From contig JAVKIH010000013.1 in assembly GCA_031459625.1 (NCBI GenBank), forward strand, positions 23,009-76,401: a stretch of DNA of 53,393 nt, in the 5' to 3' direction. Positions 8,528-17,327 of the stretch are shown piece by piece; the first letter of the stretch is position 1, and each line of letters opens with the position of its first letter. The position numbers and the translations under genes were made by a program. A model generated the notes under the pieces. That model saw nothing but the letters and a program-made list of their open reading frames with translations, made no database searches and was not told the origin of the DNA. The stretch comes from Candidatus Geohabitans tengchongensis. Its GTDB lineage: Bacteria; Sysuimicrobiota; Sysuimicrobiia; Sysuimicrobiales; Humicultoraceae.

Positions 8528-9280
8528 GTGATGTCCCGCATCAAGCCGGTGCTGCTGGTTGCCGGACTCGTGGTACTCTGGGAGCTCTTCTCCCGGCAGG
8601 AGTCCTTTCCTCGTTACGTCCTGCCGCCGCCAACGGTCATAGGCAGTTTCGCTGCCGCCCACTGGAGGATCATTTTCGCCCATGCGCTAGTGACGCTGCG
8701 CGAGGCCCTCATGGGCTTCGGCCTCTCAGCCCTGGTGGGTGTCTGCCTGGGGATCCTCATCGTGCGGTTCAGGCTTCTAGAGGAGACCTTGCTGCCTCTG
8801 CTGATCACGTCCCAGGTCATCCCCACTATCGCGATCGCCCCCTTGCTGGTCATCTGGTTGGGATTTGGCAGTGCCCCGAAGATCGCCGTCGCGTTCCTGG
8901 TGTCTTTTTTCCCCATTGTCGTGAACACAGTGGTGGGGCTCCGGGCGGTAGACGAGGACTTGCTCCACCTGGTCCGCGGCCTTTCAGCGACCCGGTGGCA
9001 GGAGCTGCGAAAGGTGCGTTTCCCGAATGCGCTGCCGTACATCTTCGCGGGACTTCGCGTGGCGATCACGCTGGCGCTGATCGGGAGCGTTGTTGGGGAA
9101 TTTGTGAGCGCCGACCAAGGGTTGGGTTTCCTAATCCTGACTGGTGCAGGTCGGCTCGAGACTGAGCAAATCTTTGTCTCCATTGCGATTCTGGGCTTTG
9201 CGGGCGTGCTCATGTTTCATGGCGTTCGGTGGCTGGAGCGGGTGCTGCTCCCGTGGTTGACCGAGGAGCAGAGGGGTTGA
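8528..9280 (+). CDS. ABC transporter permease
   Basis: VLPPP, PTIAIAPLLVIWLGFG, ALPYIFAGLR, GEFV..GLGFLI. Confidence 0.93.
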   Translation: MMSRIKPVLLVAGLVVLWELFSRQESFPRYVLPPPTVIGSFAAAHWRIIFAHALVTLREALMGFGLSALVGVCLGILIVRFRLLEETLLPLLITSQVIPTIAIAPLLVIWLGFGSAPKIAVAFLVSFFPIVVNTVVGLRAVDEDLLHLVRGLSATRWQELRKVRFPNALPYIFAGLRVAITLALIGSVVGEFVSADQGLGFLILTGAGRLETEQIFVSIAILGFAGVLMFHGVRWLERVLLPWLTEEQRG

Positions 9281-9306
9281 CCCTGCGGGAGGAGGTGAGG
9301 GCGGCT

Positions 9307-9930
9307 GTGAGGAGAGTGGTGACTGATCGCATTCTTCCCGGGAAGGCGTACACCGCCTTCACCCTGACAACAGGTCAGGTGCTGCGCATTGAGGACGTTG
9401 AGGGCAAGCAGGTGGCAGATCTCATCTGTTTCAACCTTCACGACTTCAAAGATCGCCTCAACAACGAGAACACCATGTTGCTCAATCATGTCTGGAATCC
9501 TACGAAGGGTCATGCTTTGTACTCTAACAACTGCAGCAAGATGCTGACCATTGTTGAGGATACCGTGGGTCGAAATTACCCTGGCGGTGCCATGTGCAGT
9601 GAGGAGCTCAACTACCTGCGTTATGGGGTTCGAGGAACGGCGAACTGCCGCGACAATCTGGCCGCGGCTGTGGCCCCCTGGGGAATCGCCAAGGATGAGC
9701 TCCCTGGGGCCTTTGCCCCCTTCATGAATGTCATTCACCACCCTGATGGTCGTGCTGAGATCGCGGAACCGACGTCAAAACCGGGTGATTACATCGAACT
9801 GCGGGCGGAGATGGACTTGCTCGTCGCCGTGTCGGTATGCCCGCAGGAGCTCAATCCGGTCAACGGCTGGAAGTCTACGCCGCTGCGCGTGGTCGTGTTC
9901 GAGCAGGAGGGCGCGAGTACCGGGCCGTGA
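9307..9930 (+). CDS. DUF1989 / urea-carboxylase-associated family protein
   Basis: GQVLRIEDVEGKQVAD, LYSN, C-S, NCRDNL, FMNV, SKPGDYIELRAEMDLLVAVSVCPQ; start uncertain (9277 or 9307). Confidence 0.88.
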   Translation: MRRVVTDRILPGKAYTAFTLTTGQVLRIEDVEGKQVADLICFNLHDFKDRLNNENTMLLNHVWNPTKGHALYSNNCSKMLTIVEDTVGRNYPGGAMCSEELNYLRYGVRGTANCRDNLAAAVAPWGIAKDELPGAFAPFMNVIHHPDGRAEIAEPTSKPGDYIELRAEMDLLVAVSVCPQELNPVNGWKSTPLRVVVFEQEGASTGP

Positions 9931-10727
9931 CGGTGGGCATCGCCCCTGGAAGCCGGCGTCTGGAAGGGCGCAAGGGAATTGCCCTGGAGTTGCGGGATCT
10001 GACCGTCGACTTCGTCCGGCGTGGTTCCGTGTTCCCGGCAGTAAGGGGAGTGACCCTGCGCGTGGTCCCCGGCCAGTTCGTCAGTTTGATCGGGCCCAGC
10101 GGGTGCGGCAAGAGCACGATCCTGAAGGTCATTCTGGGCGTCATTCCGATGACGTCGGGAGAGGTTTGGTTGGATGGAAGGCGGGTCTACGGCCCTCAGC
10201 CGGACATCGGCATCGTCTTCCAGTCGCCCACGTTGCTGGCGTGGCGCTCGGTCGTCGACAATGTGTTGTTGCCCGTCGAGATTCGCGGGTTGCCCATCGT
10301 TCCCTATCGGGATCGGGCGCGCCAGCTCCTGGAGATGGTCGGCCTCGGTGAGTTCGAGCGCCACTGGCCCCGTGAGCTCTCTGGGGGGATGCAACAACGC
10401 GCGGCGATCTGTCGGGCGCTGATTCATGATCCGCCGCTGATCCTCTTCGACGAGCCCTTCAGCGCTCTGGATGACCTCACCAGGGATCAGCTGAACCACG
10501 AGATCTTGAGGATCTGGGAACGTACGGGGAAGACGGTTGTCCTGGTAACGCATAATATCGGCGAGGCCGTCTATATGTCGGACCAGGTGTTCGTCATGAC
10601 ATCGCGACCTGGCCGCCTGGCGGGCAGCGTGGTGATCGAGCTGCCGAGACCTCGGTACTACGAGATGCGGCACACTCCGGAGTTCGTCGCCCATGTCCGG
10701 GAGCTGCGCGCATACCTGCGGACGTGA
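9927..10727 (+). CDS. ABC transporter ATP-binding protein
   Basis: GPSGCGKST, LSGGMQQR, FDEPFSALD, VTHN. Confidence 0.95.
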   Translation: MTVGIAPGSRRLEGRKGIALELRDLTVDFVRRGSVFPAVRGVTLRVVPGQFVSLIGPSGCGKSTILKVILGVIPMTSGEVWLDGRRVYGPQPDIGIVFQSPTLLAWRSVVDNVLLPVEIRGLPIVPYRDRARQLLEMVGLGEFERHWPRELSGGMQQRAAICRALIHDPPLILFDEPFSALDDLTRDQLNHEILRIWERTGKTVVLVTHNIGEAVYMSDQVFVMTSRPGRLAGSVVIELPRPRYYEMRHTPEFVAHVRELRAYLRT

Positions 10728-11461
10728 CGGCCTCCGATCGTAGGATGGGTCGGCCGACCAGACTGGATAGACGAGCCTTCATCGCCCGAGAGCTGGTGTG
10801 GGCCAGCCGCGTGCTGGCGTCAACCGGGTTGGTGGAGGCTTTTGGGCACGTGAGTGCACGAGTGCCGGGGACGGAGATCGTCCTGCTGACGCCTCGGATC
10901 GCTCCAGGAGCGGTGAGCGTGGGGACGTTGGTGGAGATGGACCTGTCGACGGGGCGAGTGCAGGGCGGGCGGCTCCCCCTGGAGTGGCCCGTCCACGCCA
11001 GTGTCTACCGGGCCGACGGAGGGGTCGGCGCCATTTGCCGGATCCACGGGCCTGCAGCCTCCGTGCTCAGCGTGATCGGCGTCCCCGTCCGACCGCTACA
11101 CTACCTGGGGACGATCCTGGGCGGGCCGGCGGCTGTGTATCCGGGCGGGGGGCTGGTGACCACACCACGGCTGGGTCAGCAGGTGGCGCGCGCCCTCCGC
11201 GGCGGGACGGCCGTCCTGCTGCGCGGCAACGGCCAGGTGGTGGTGGGGCGGACACTCCGGGAGGCCTGCGTACGGGCCATTTACCTCGAGGAGGCGGCGC
11301 GGGTGCAGTTGGCGGCGATGCTGGTGGGACGGCCCCGTTTCTACAGTTCACGGGAGGTCAGGGCGTATGCGCAGGTGTGGGAGGACGAGGTGAACCTTGA
11401 TCGGGCCTGGGCCTACTATGTGCGCCGGGCCAGGCTCTGGCCGAGGTGGAACATCAATTGA
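10724..11461 (+). CDS. class II aldolase/adducin family protein
   Basis: FGHVSAR, PLEWPVHASVY, VLLRGNG, RAIYLEEAA. Confidence 0.85.
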   Translation: MTASDRRMGRPTRLDRRAFIARELVWASRVLASTGLVEAFGHVSARVPGTEIVLLTPRIAPGAVSVGTLVEMDLSTGRVQGGRLPLEWPVHASVYRADGGVGAICRIHGPAASVLSVIGVPVRPLHYLGTILGGPAAVYPGGGLVTTPRLGQQVARALRGGTAVLLRGNGQVVVGRTLREACVRAIYLEEAARVQLAAMLVGRPRFYSSREVRAYAQVWEDEVNLDRAWAYYVRRARLWPRWNIN

Positions 11462-12192
11462 GGACGACCCAGCGGGAGCCCTTGTCCCTGTCGGCTGCCT
11501 GGCGTTCCCTCGGGCGGCTGCGCAGTCGCCAGACGCTGGCGGAGCTCGTCGCCGCTGAGGTGCGCGAGCGGATCGCCTCCGGCGAGTTCCCGATGGGGGG
11601 GGAACTGAACCAGTTTCAGCTGACGCGGGAACTGGGCGTGAGTCGTACCGTCGTCCGGGAGGCGTTCCGGCAATTGGAGGCGGCGGGCATCATCATGCTG
11701 GCCCCCTATCGGCATGCCGTGGTTACGCCTCTCGACACCGACGACCTGGAGGACCTGTGGACCCTCAGGACGGTGCTGGAAGGACTGGCGGTGCGCCGGG
11801 CTGTTCGACGACCGGCGGACGCTGCTGCGCGGCTTGGCACGCTGCTGGCCGCCATGGAACGGGAAACGGGTGAGGACTGGCTGGAGCTGGACCGGCGCTT
11901 CCATCAGGAGATTGCCGAGTTGTCAGGGAATCCGCTCCTGCCGAAGCTACTCGATGCTGTACGGATGCCCATCGATCGTTTCCTCCAGTTCGTGGCAGGA
12001 GCTCGCCCCAGGATCCGGTCAGCAAACCGGGAACATCGGGCCATTCTCGATGCCCTGGTCAAAGGCGATGACGCCCGTGCTGTCGCTGTGGTCCGCGCGC
12101 ACATTGACCGGACCCGGCGGCTGGTGACCGACCGGTTGCGCCGGGTAGGGTTGGCATCCTCCGATGGGACCGCGGCGAGGAAGGGACCGTGA
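11446..12192 (+). CDS. GntR family transcriptional regulator (FCD domain)
   Basis: LGVSRTVVREAFRQLE HTH; DRRFH, SGN, EHRAILDA. Confidence 0.92.
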   Translation: MEHQLRTTQREPLSLSAAWRSLGRLRSRQTLAELVAAEVRERIASGEFPMGGELNQFQLTRELGVSRTVVREAFRQLEAAGIIMLAPYRHAVVTPLDTDDLEDLWTLRTVLEGLAVRRAVRRPADAAARLGTLLAAMERETGEDWLELDRRFHQEIAELSGNPLLPKLLDAVRMPIDRFLQFVAGARPRIRSANREHRAILDALVKGDDARAVAVVRAHIDRTRRLVTDRLRRVGLASSDGTAARKGP

Positions 12193-13205
12193 CGCTCCCC
12201 TACACCCGTGCCGAGGCCAAGGCCTGGGCGCGCGAGCACATGCGCGGGGTGTGCAACGTCGTCCTGCCGACCTTCACCGGCGACCTGCGGCGGCTGAACG
12301 CGGCGGCCATCGCCCACGACGTGCGCCGTTCGGTGGAGTTCGGTTTCTGGGGCTCGCTGCTGGCCTCGGAGTGCGGGGCCACGGTGGCGGAGTACCAGGC
12401 GTTCATCGAGATCGCCGCCGCCGCCGCCCCGCCCACCCACCACCTGGTCATCCACGGCTCCTTCGACACGCTGGAGGACGTCGTGACGGTGTGCCGCTTC
12501 GCCGAGGAGCACGGCGGGGTGCTGCTGCTGTTGAGCTACCCGCTGACCTTCTACCCGCGCAGCGCCCAGGACATCATCGCCTACACGCGCGCGGTGAGCC
12601 GGGCCACCGACCTGGGGATCATCCTCTTCGCGGTGGGCTTCTGGGGGTTCCGCCGCCTCCACCCGTCGGCCTTCCCCCCGGAGGCGATCGTCGAACTGGC
12701 CCGGGAGGAGACCGTGGTGGCGCTCAAGTACGAAGTGGGCCACCCCGGGACCGGCGGCATGGTGGAGGTGCAGAAGCGCGTGGGGCACCAGCTCGTCATC
12801 ACCGACCCGCTGGAGCACAACGCCCCGGCCTGGGTGGACGCCTACGGGATGCAGTGGCTCGGGACGAGCTACTACAACTACTTCGGGGACCGCATCCCCC
12901 GCCTGTTCCGGCTGATGCAGGAGGGGCGCTGGGAGGAGGCGATGCCGCTCTACTGGGCCCTGCAGCCCTGCCGCGAGGCCTACCAGGCGCTGCGCGGCAC
13001 GCTCACCGGCGCGGGGCTCGTGCCCCGGCTGGCCTGGAAGTACATGGAGTGGCTCAACGGGTTCAACGGCGGGCCCATCCGCATGCCGCACCTGCGCCTC
13101 AACGGCGCGCAGATGCGGCTGCTGCGCGAGGGGGCGGTGGCCTCCGGGCTCGACGTCACCGCGGACCCGGACGAGCGCTTCTTCCAGGGGCGCCACCCGG
13201 CGTGA
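12189..13205 (+). CDS. dihydrodipicolinate synthase (class I aldolase) family protein, possibly a hydratase-aldolase
   Basis: TIM-barrel DHDPS pattern, VVALKYE candidate Schiff-base Lys, GFNGGPIRMP. Confidence 0.75.
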   Translation: MTLPYTRAEAKAWAREHMRGVCNVVLPTFTGDLRRLNAAAIAHDVRRSVEFGFWGSLLASECGATVAEYQAFIEIAAAAAPPTHHLVIHGSFDTLEDVVTVCRFAEEHGGVLLLLSYPLTFYPRSAQDIIAYTRAVSRATDLGIILFAVGFWGFRRLHPSAFPPEAIVELAREETVVALKYEVGHPGTGGMVEVQKRVGHQLVITDPLEHNAPAWVDAYGMQWLGTSYYNYFGDRIPRLFRLMQEGRWEEAMPLYWALQPCREAYQALRGTLTGAGLVPRLAWKYMEWLNGFNGGPIRMPHLRLNGAQMRLLREGAVASGLDVTADPDERFFQGRHPA

Positions 13206-14242
13206 CCGCTGCGGGGCCGGCCGCCGTGACCGTCGTGTCGCCACCCGGCGCCCCCGCCCCGCCCGGCGGGGTGCTGGTGCTAACCGCCGAGGACGTGGCC
13301 AGCCTGCTCGATCCCGCCGCCGCCGTGGAGGCGGTCGAGGCCCTCTTCGCCGCCGAGGCCGCCGGCGGGGTGCGGGTGCCGACGCGCCTGACCGTGGAGA
13401 CAGCGCACGGCTGGTTCCGCGTGATGCCGGGGGTGCTGCAGGACGGGGACGGGCCGCTGGCCGGGGCGAAGGTGATGGCGCTGGCGCAGGGGACGGGCCT
13501 CACCTACCTGGTGCTCCTCTACGACGCGCGGACGGGGGCGCTGCTCGCGCTGATGGACGCCTCGACCCTCACCCAGCGGCGCACCGGCGCCGTGACGGCG
13601 GCGTTCGTGCGCTTCGCCTTCCCCACGGGGGTGGGGCGGCTGGGCCTCTTCGGCTCGGGGTTCGAGGCGCAGGGGCAGCTCGAGGCCATCGCGCAGGCAG
13701 TGGCCGTCGAGGCGGCGGTCGTCTACAGCCCGCGGGCGGAGCGGCGGGAGCGGTTCGCCCGGGAGATGTCGGCGCGCCTGGGGGTGGCGGTGGAGGCGGT
13801 GGGCGACCCCCAGGCGGTGGCGGCGGCCTCGCTCGTCGTGCTGGCGACGCGCGCCGCCCACCCGGTGGTGCAGGGGGCGTGGTTTGCGCCGGGGACGGTG
13901 ATCGTCTCCATCGGCGCCACCCGGCCCGACCTGCGCGAGGTCGACGAAGCGACGGTGCGGCGGGCCGGCCGCGTGCTGGTAGACCACCGCGACCAGGCGC
14001 TGCAGGAGTCGGGGGACGTGCGCGCGGCGCTGGCGGCGGGTGCCATCGGCGAGGGGGACGTGGTGGAGGTGGGGCGCGTCCTCGCCGGCGAAGTGCCGCT
14101 GCGCACCGGGGAGCTCGTCCTCTTCAAGCCCTCGGGGACGGCGGCGCAGGACCTGGCGGTGGCCCGCGTGGTCTACGAGCGGGCCCGCGCCCGCGGGGTG
14201 GGCCGCATGGTGGACGGGTTCCTCACGGTGAAGCCGCGGTGA
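13202..14242 (+). CDS. ornithine cyclodeaminase / mu-crystallin family protein
   Basis: LYDARTGALLALMDA..LTQRRTGA, LFGSGFEA, SIGA..REVD, ESGD, FKPSGTAAQDLA. Confidence 0.9.
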   Translation: MTAAGPAAVTVVSPPGAPAPPGGVLVLTAEDVASLLDPAAAVEAVEALFAAEAAGGVRVPTRLTVETAHGWFRVMPGVLQDGDGPLAGAKVMALAQGTGLTYLVLLYDARTGALLALMDASTLTQRRTGAVTAAFVRFAFPTGVGRLGLFGSGFEAQGQLEAIAQAVAVEAAVVYSPRAERRERFAREMSARLGVAVEAVGDPQAVAAASLVVLATRAAHPVVQGAWFAPGTVIVSIGATRPDLREVDEATVRRAGRVLVDHRDQALQESGDVRAALAAGAIGEGDVVEVGRVLAGEVPLRTGELVLFKPSGTAAQDLAVARVVYERARARGVGRMVDGFLTVKPR

Positions 14243-14261
14243 GGGTCATGGGAGATCGGCG

Positions 14262-15230
14262 GTGAGCGCACGGGACCAGTCGCAGACCACCGTGTCCGCT
14301 CCTGGGACGCACCCGGAAGCCACCGTGTCCGCTCCCGGGACGCGCCCGGAAGCCGCCGTGTCCGCCCCCGCGGCCCGGCCGGCGAAGGCGCCGCGGCGCA
14401 TCCGTCGCCCCGGCCACCTGGCCCTGCGCGTGCCGGACCTGGGCCGGGCCCTCGACTTCTACACGCGGGTGGTACGGCTGGCGGTCTCCGAGGAGGCCGA
14501 CGGGGCCGTCTACCTGCGCGCCCAGTGGGAGCACCACTGCCTGGAGCTGCGCTCCGGCGCGGAGCCCGGCGTGGACCACCTGGCCTGGGAGACGGACAGC
14601 GACGAGGAAACCGCGGCGCTGTGGACGGCGCTGGCCGAACGCGGGGTGCCGGTGCGGGAGGCGATGCCGGAGCCGGGCCGCCGCGGGCTGGCCTTCCAGT
14701 TCCAGGACCCGCTGGGCATGTGGAACGAGGTCTACCGGGCGATGGACCGGCTGGGGGTGCTGGTCCCGGCGGGGCCGGCCCCGGTGCTGCGGCTGGGCCA
14801 CTTCACCCGCATGACGCCGGACCCGGATGGCGCCATGGCCTTCTTCCGCACGGCGGGCTTCCGCGTCTCGGACTGGGTGCCGGACACCCAGGCCTTCCTG
14901 CGCTGCCGCCCGGAGCACCACAACCTGGGCTTCCTCAAGTTCGACCGGGTGACGCTGCACCACCACGCCTACGACGTGGGGGACTGGAACGCCATCAAGG
15001 CGGTCCTCGACTGGTGCGCCGCGCAGACGGTGCGCGTCGAGGTCGGGCCGGTGCGCCACGCCGCCGGGAACAACATCGCCGTCTACATCCGGGACCCCTT
15101 CGGGGTGCGCGTGGAGTTCTTCTGCGAGATGGAGGCCATCGACGACGACGAGGACCACGACACCCGCCGCCAGCCCGTCGTCTTTGACCTCTGGCACCGC
15201 ACCCCGCCGCCCCCCGGCTATCGCGACTGA
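14262..15230 (+). CDS. VOC-family extradiol ring-cleavage dioxygenase
   Basis: LGHF, EHHNL, HHHAY, GPVRHAAGNNIAVYIRDPFGVRVEF. Confidence 0.88.
   Translation: MSARDQSQTTVSAPGTHPEATVSAPGTRPEAAVSAPAARPAKAPRRIRRPGHLALRVPDLGRALDFYTRVVRLAVSEEADGAVYLRAQWEHHCLELRSGAEPGVDHLAWETDSDEETAALWTALAERGVPVREAMPEPGRRGLAFQFQDPLGMWNEVYRAMDRLGVLVPAGPAPVLRLGHFTRMTPDPDGAMAFFRTAGFRVSDWVPDTQAFLRCRPEHHNLGFLKFDRVTLHHHAYDVGDWNAIKAVLDWCAAQTVRVEVGPVRHAAGNNIAVYIRDPFGVRVEFFCEMEAIDDDEDHDTRRQPVVFDLWHRTPPPPGYRD
14288..14370 (+). repeat. 33-bp tandem repeat, about 2.5 copies, in the VOC N-terminus
   Basis: CACCGTGTCCGCTCC(T/C)GGGACGC(A/G)CCCGGAAGC at 14288 and 14321, partial copy at 14354. Confidence 0.85.
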
Positions 15231-15233
15231 CCC

Positions 15234-17327
15234 GTGGTGCGCGTCGGCGTCGACGTCGGGGGCACCTTCACGGACCTGCTGCTGGTCCCGCCGGACGGCC
15301 GCGCCGTCATCGCCAAGCACCTGACCACGCCGGCCGACCCCGGCGAGGCCGTGGCGGCGGTGGTGCGCCGCGCCCTCCCGCGCGACGGGGAGCGCCCCGT
15401 GGCGGGGACGCTGGTGCACGGCACCACCCTGGTGACCAACACCCTCATCGAGCGCAGCGGGCCGCCCACCGCGCTCCTCGCCACCATGGGGTTCCGGGAC
15501 GCCCTGGAGATCGGCCGCGAGCACCGCTACGAGCTCTACGACCTGCGACTGGAGCTGCCCCGGCCGCTCGTCCCCCGCCACCTGCGCTTCGACGTCCCCG
15601 AGCGTCTGGCCGCCGACGGCACCGTGCTCTTGCCGCTCGACGAGGCCTACGTGCGCCGGCTGGCCGCCGAGCTGCGGGCCCGGGGCATCCGGGCGGTGGC
15701 GGTCTGCTACCTGCACAGCTACCGCAACCCCGTCCACGAGCACCGCACCGCGGCGCTGATCCGCGAGGTGGCGCCCGAGCTGCAGGTGGCCTGCAGCGCG
15801 GATGTGGCTCCGGAGCTGCGCGAGTTCCCGCGGATGAGCACCACCGCCGCCAACGTCTACGTGCAGGAACGGGTGGCCCGCTACCTGGGGGCGCTGGAGA
15901 GGCGCCTGCTCGAGGCGGGCTTCGCCGGGCAGGTCTTCGTCATGCTGAGCAGCGGCGGGGTGGGCACGGTGGAGACCGCGGTGCGCTTTCCGGTCCGCCT
16001 GCTGGAGTCCGGGCCGGCCGCGGGCGCGCTGGCCGCCGCGGCGCTGGGCCGCCGCGCCGGCTTCCCCGACCTGCTCTCCTTCGACATGGGCGGGACCACC
16101 GCCAAGCTGTGCGCGGTGGCGGGCGGCGCGCCGCTACGGGTGGACGAGTTCGAGGTCGACCGTGTCTACCGCTTCCGCCGCGGCAGCGGGCTGCCGGTCC
16201 GCATCCCCGTGATCGACATGATCGAGATCGGAGCCGGCGGCGGCAGCATCGCCCGGGTGGACGCGCTGGGCCTGCTGAAGGTGGGGCCGGAGAGCGCCGG
16301 GGCCGACCCCGGGCCGGCCTGCTACGGCCGCGGCGGGCGCGAGCCCACCGTCACCGACGCCGACCTGGTGCTGGGCTACCTCGACCCCGCCTACTTCCTG
16401 GGTGGGCGCATGCCGCTCGACCCCGCCGCCGCCCGCCGCGCCCTTGCCCCGCTGGCCGCCCGTCTGGGGTTGAGCGTGGAGCAGGCCGCCTGGGGGATCC
16501 ACCAGGTGGTGAACGAGCAGATGGCCCAGGCCGCCCGCGCCCACCTGGCCGAGCGCGGCCGTGACCCGCGCCGCCTGCCGCTCTTCGCCTTCGGCGGAGC
16601 GGGACCGGTGCACGCCAGCCACCTGGCGCGCATCCTGCGTCTGCCGGCGGTGATCGCGCCGCTCGGCGCCGGGGTGGGCTCCACCTTCGGGCTGCTGGCG
16701 GCGCCGCTGGCCTTCGACTTCGTGCGCAGCGCCCCCGCCCGTCTGGACGCGCTGGACTGGGCGGCGGTCTCGGTCCTGGTGCAGGGGATGGCGGAGGAGG
16801 GGCGGGCGCTCCTGGCGCGCGCCGGTGTCCCCTCGGAGGCGGTGACGGTGCGGGTGAGCGCGGACATGCGCTACGCCGGGCAGGGGCACGAGGTCGAAGT
16901 ACCGCTCCCCGACGGCGTGCTGGACACCCGGTCGGCCGCCGCCCTGACCGCGGCCTTCGAGCGCGCCTACCGAGAGCGCTACGGTCGCGCCGGGCCTGCC
17001 GTCCCGGTAGAGGTGGTGAACTGGCGCCTGACCGCGAGTGGCCCCGTCCCCGACCTCGCGGTGCGCTTCCCCCTGGAGGCGGCGGCCGGTCGCGCCCGCA
17101 AGGGGACGCGCCGGTGCTTCTTCCCCGAAGCCGGCGGCTTCGTGGAGACGCCGGTGCTCGACCGCTACGTCCTGCGCCCGGGCGACCGCTTCACCGGTCC
17201 CGCGGTGGTGGAGGAGCGCGAGTCCACCCTGGTGGTGGGTCCGGGCGCGCACGCCCGCGTGGACGAGCACCTGAACGTCATCGTGGAGTTCGCCGGGGCG
17301 CCCGGGCCGGAGGCCGGCCATGCGTGA
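15234..17327 (+). CDS. hydantoinase A / oxoprolinase family protein
   Basis: GVDVGGTFTD, HGTTLVTN, ESGPAAG, DMGGTT, IGAGGGS, GPESAGADPGPACY. Confidence 0.95.
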   Translation: MVRVGVDVGGTFTDLLLVPPDGRAVIAKHLTTPADPGEAVAAVVRRALPRDGERPVAGTLVHGTTLVTNTLIERSGPPTALLATMGFRDALEIGREHRYELYDLRLELPRPLVPRHLRFDVPERLAADGTVLLPLDEAYVRRLAAELRARGIRAVAVCYLHSYRNPVHEHRTAALIREVAPELQVACSADVAPELREFPRMSTTAANVYVQERVARYLGALERRLLEAGFAGQVFVMLSSGGVGTVETAVRFPVRLLESGPAAGALAAAALGRRAGFPDLLSFDMGGTTAKLCAVAGGAPLRVDEFEVDRVYRFRRGSGLPVRIPVIDMIEIGAGGGSIARVDALGLLKVGPESAGADPGPACYGRGGREPTVTDADLVLGYLDPAYFLGGRMPLDPAAARRALAPLAARLGLSVEQAAWGIHQVVNEQMAQAARAHLAERGRDPRRLPLFAFGGAGPVHASHLARILRLPAVIAPLGAGVGSTFGLLAAPLAFDFVRSAPARLDALDWAAVSVLVQGMAEEGRALLARAGVPSEAVTVRVSADMRYAGQGHEVEVPLPDGVLDTRSAAALTAAFERAYRERYGRAGPAVPVEVVNWRLTASGPVPDLAVRFPLEAAAGRARKGTRRCFFPEAGGFVETPVLDRYVLRPGDRFTGPAVVEERESTLVVGPGAHARVDEHLNVIVEFAGAPGPEAGHA

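Noticed and set aside
12164..14242. 692-aa ORF as a fusion protein
   Set aside because: The N-terminal half is an off-frame shadow of the DHDPS-like gene; the real gene starts at 13202.
14288..14370. 33-bp repeats as a CRISPR array
   Set aside because: Contiguous tandem copies with no spacers, in frame within a CDS.
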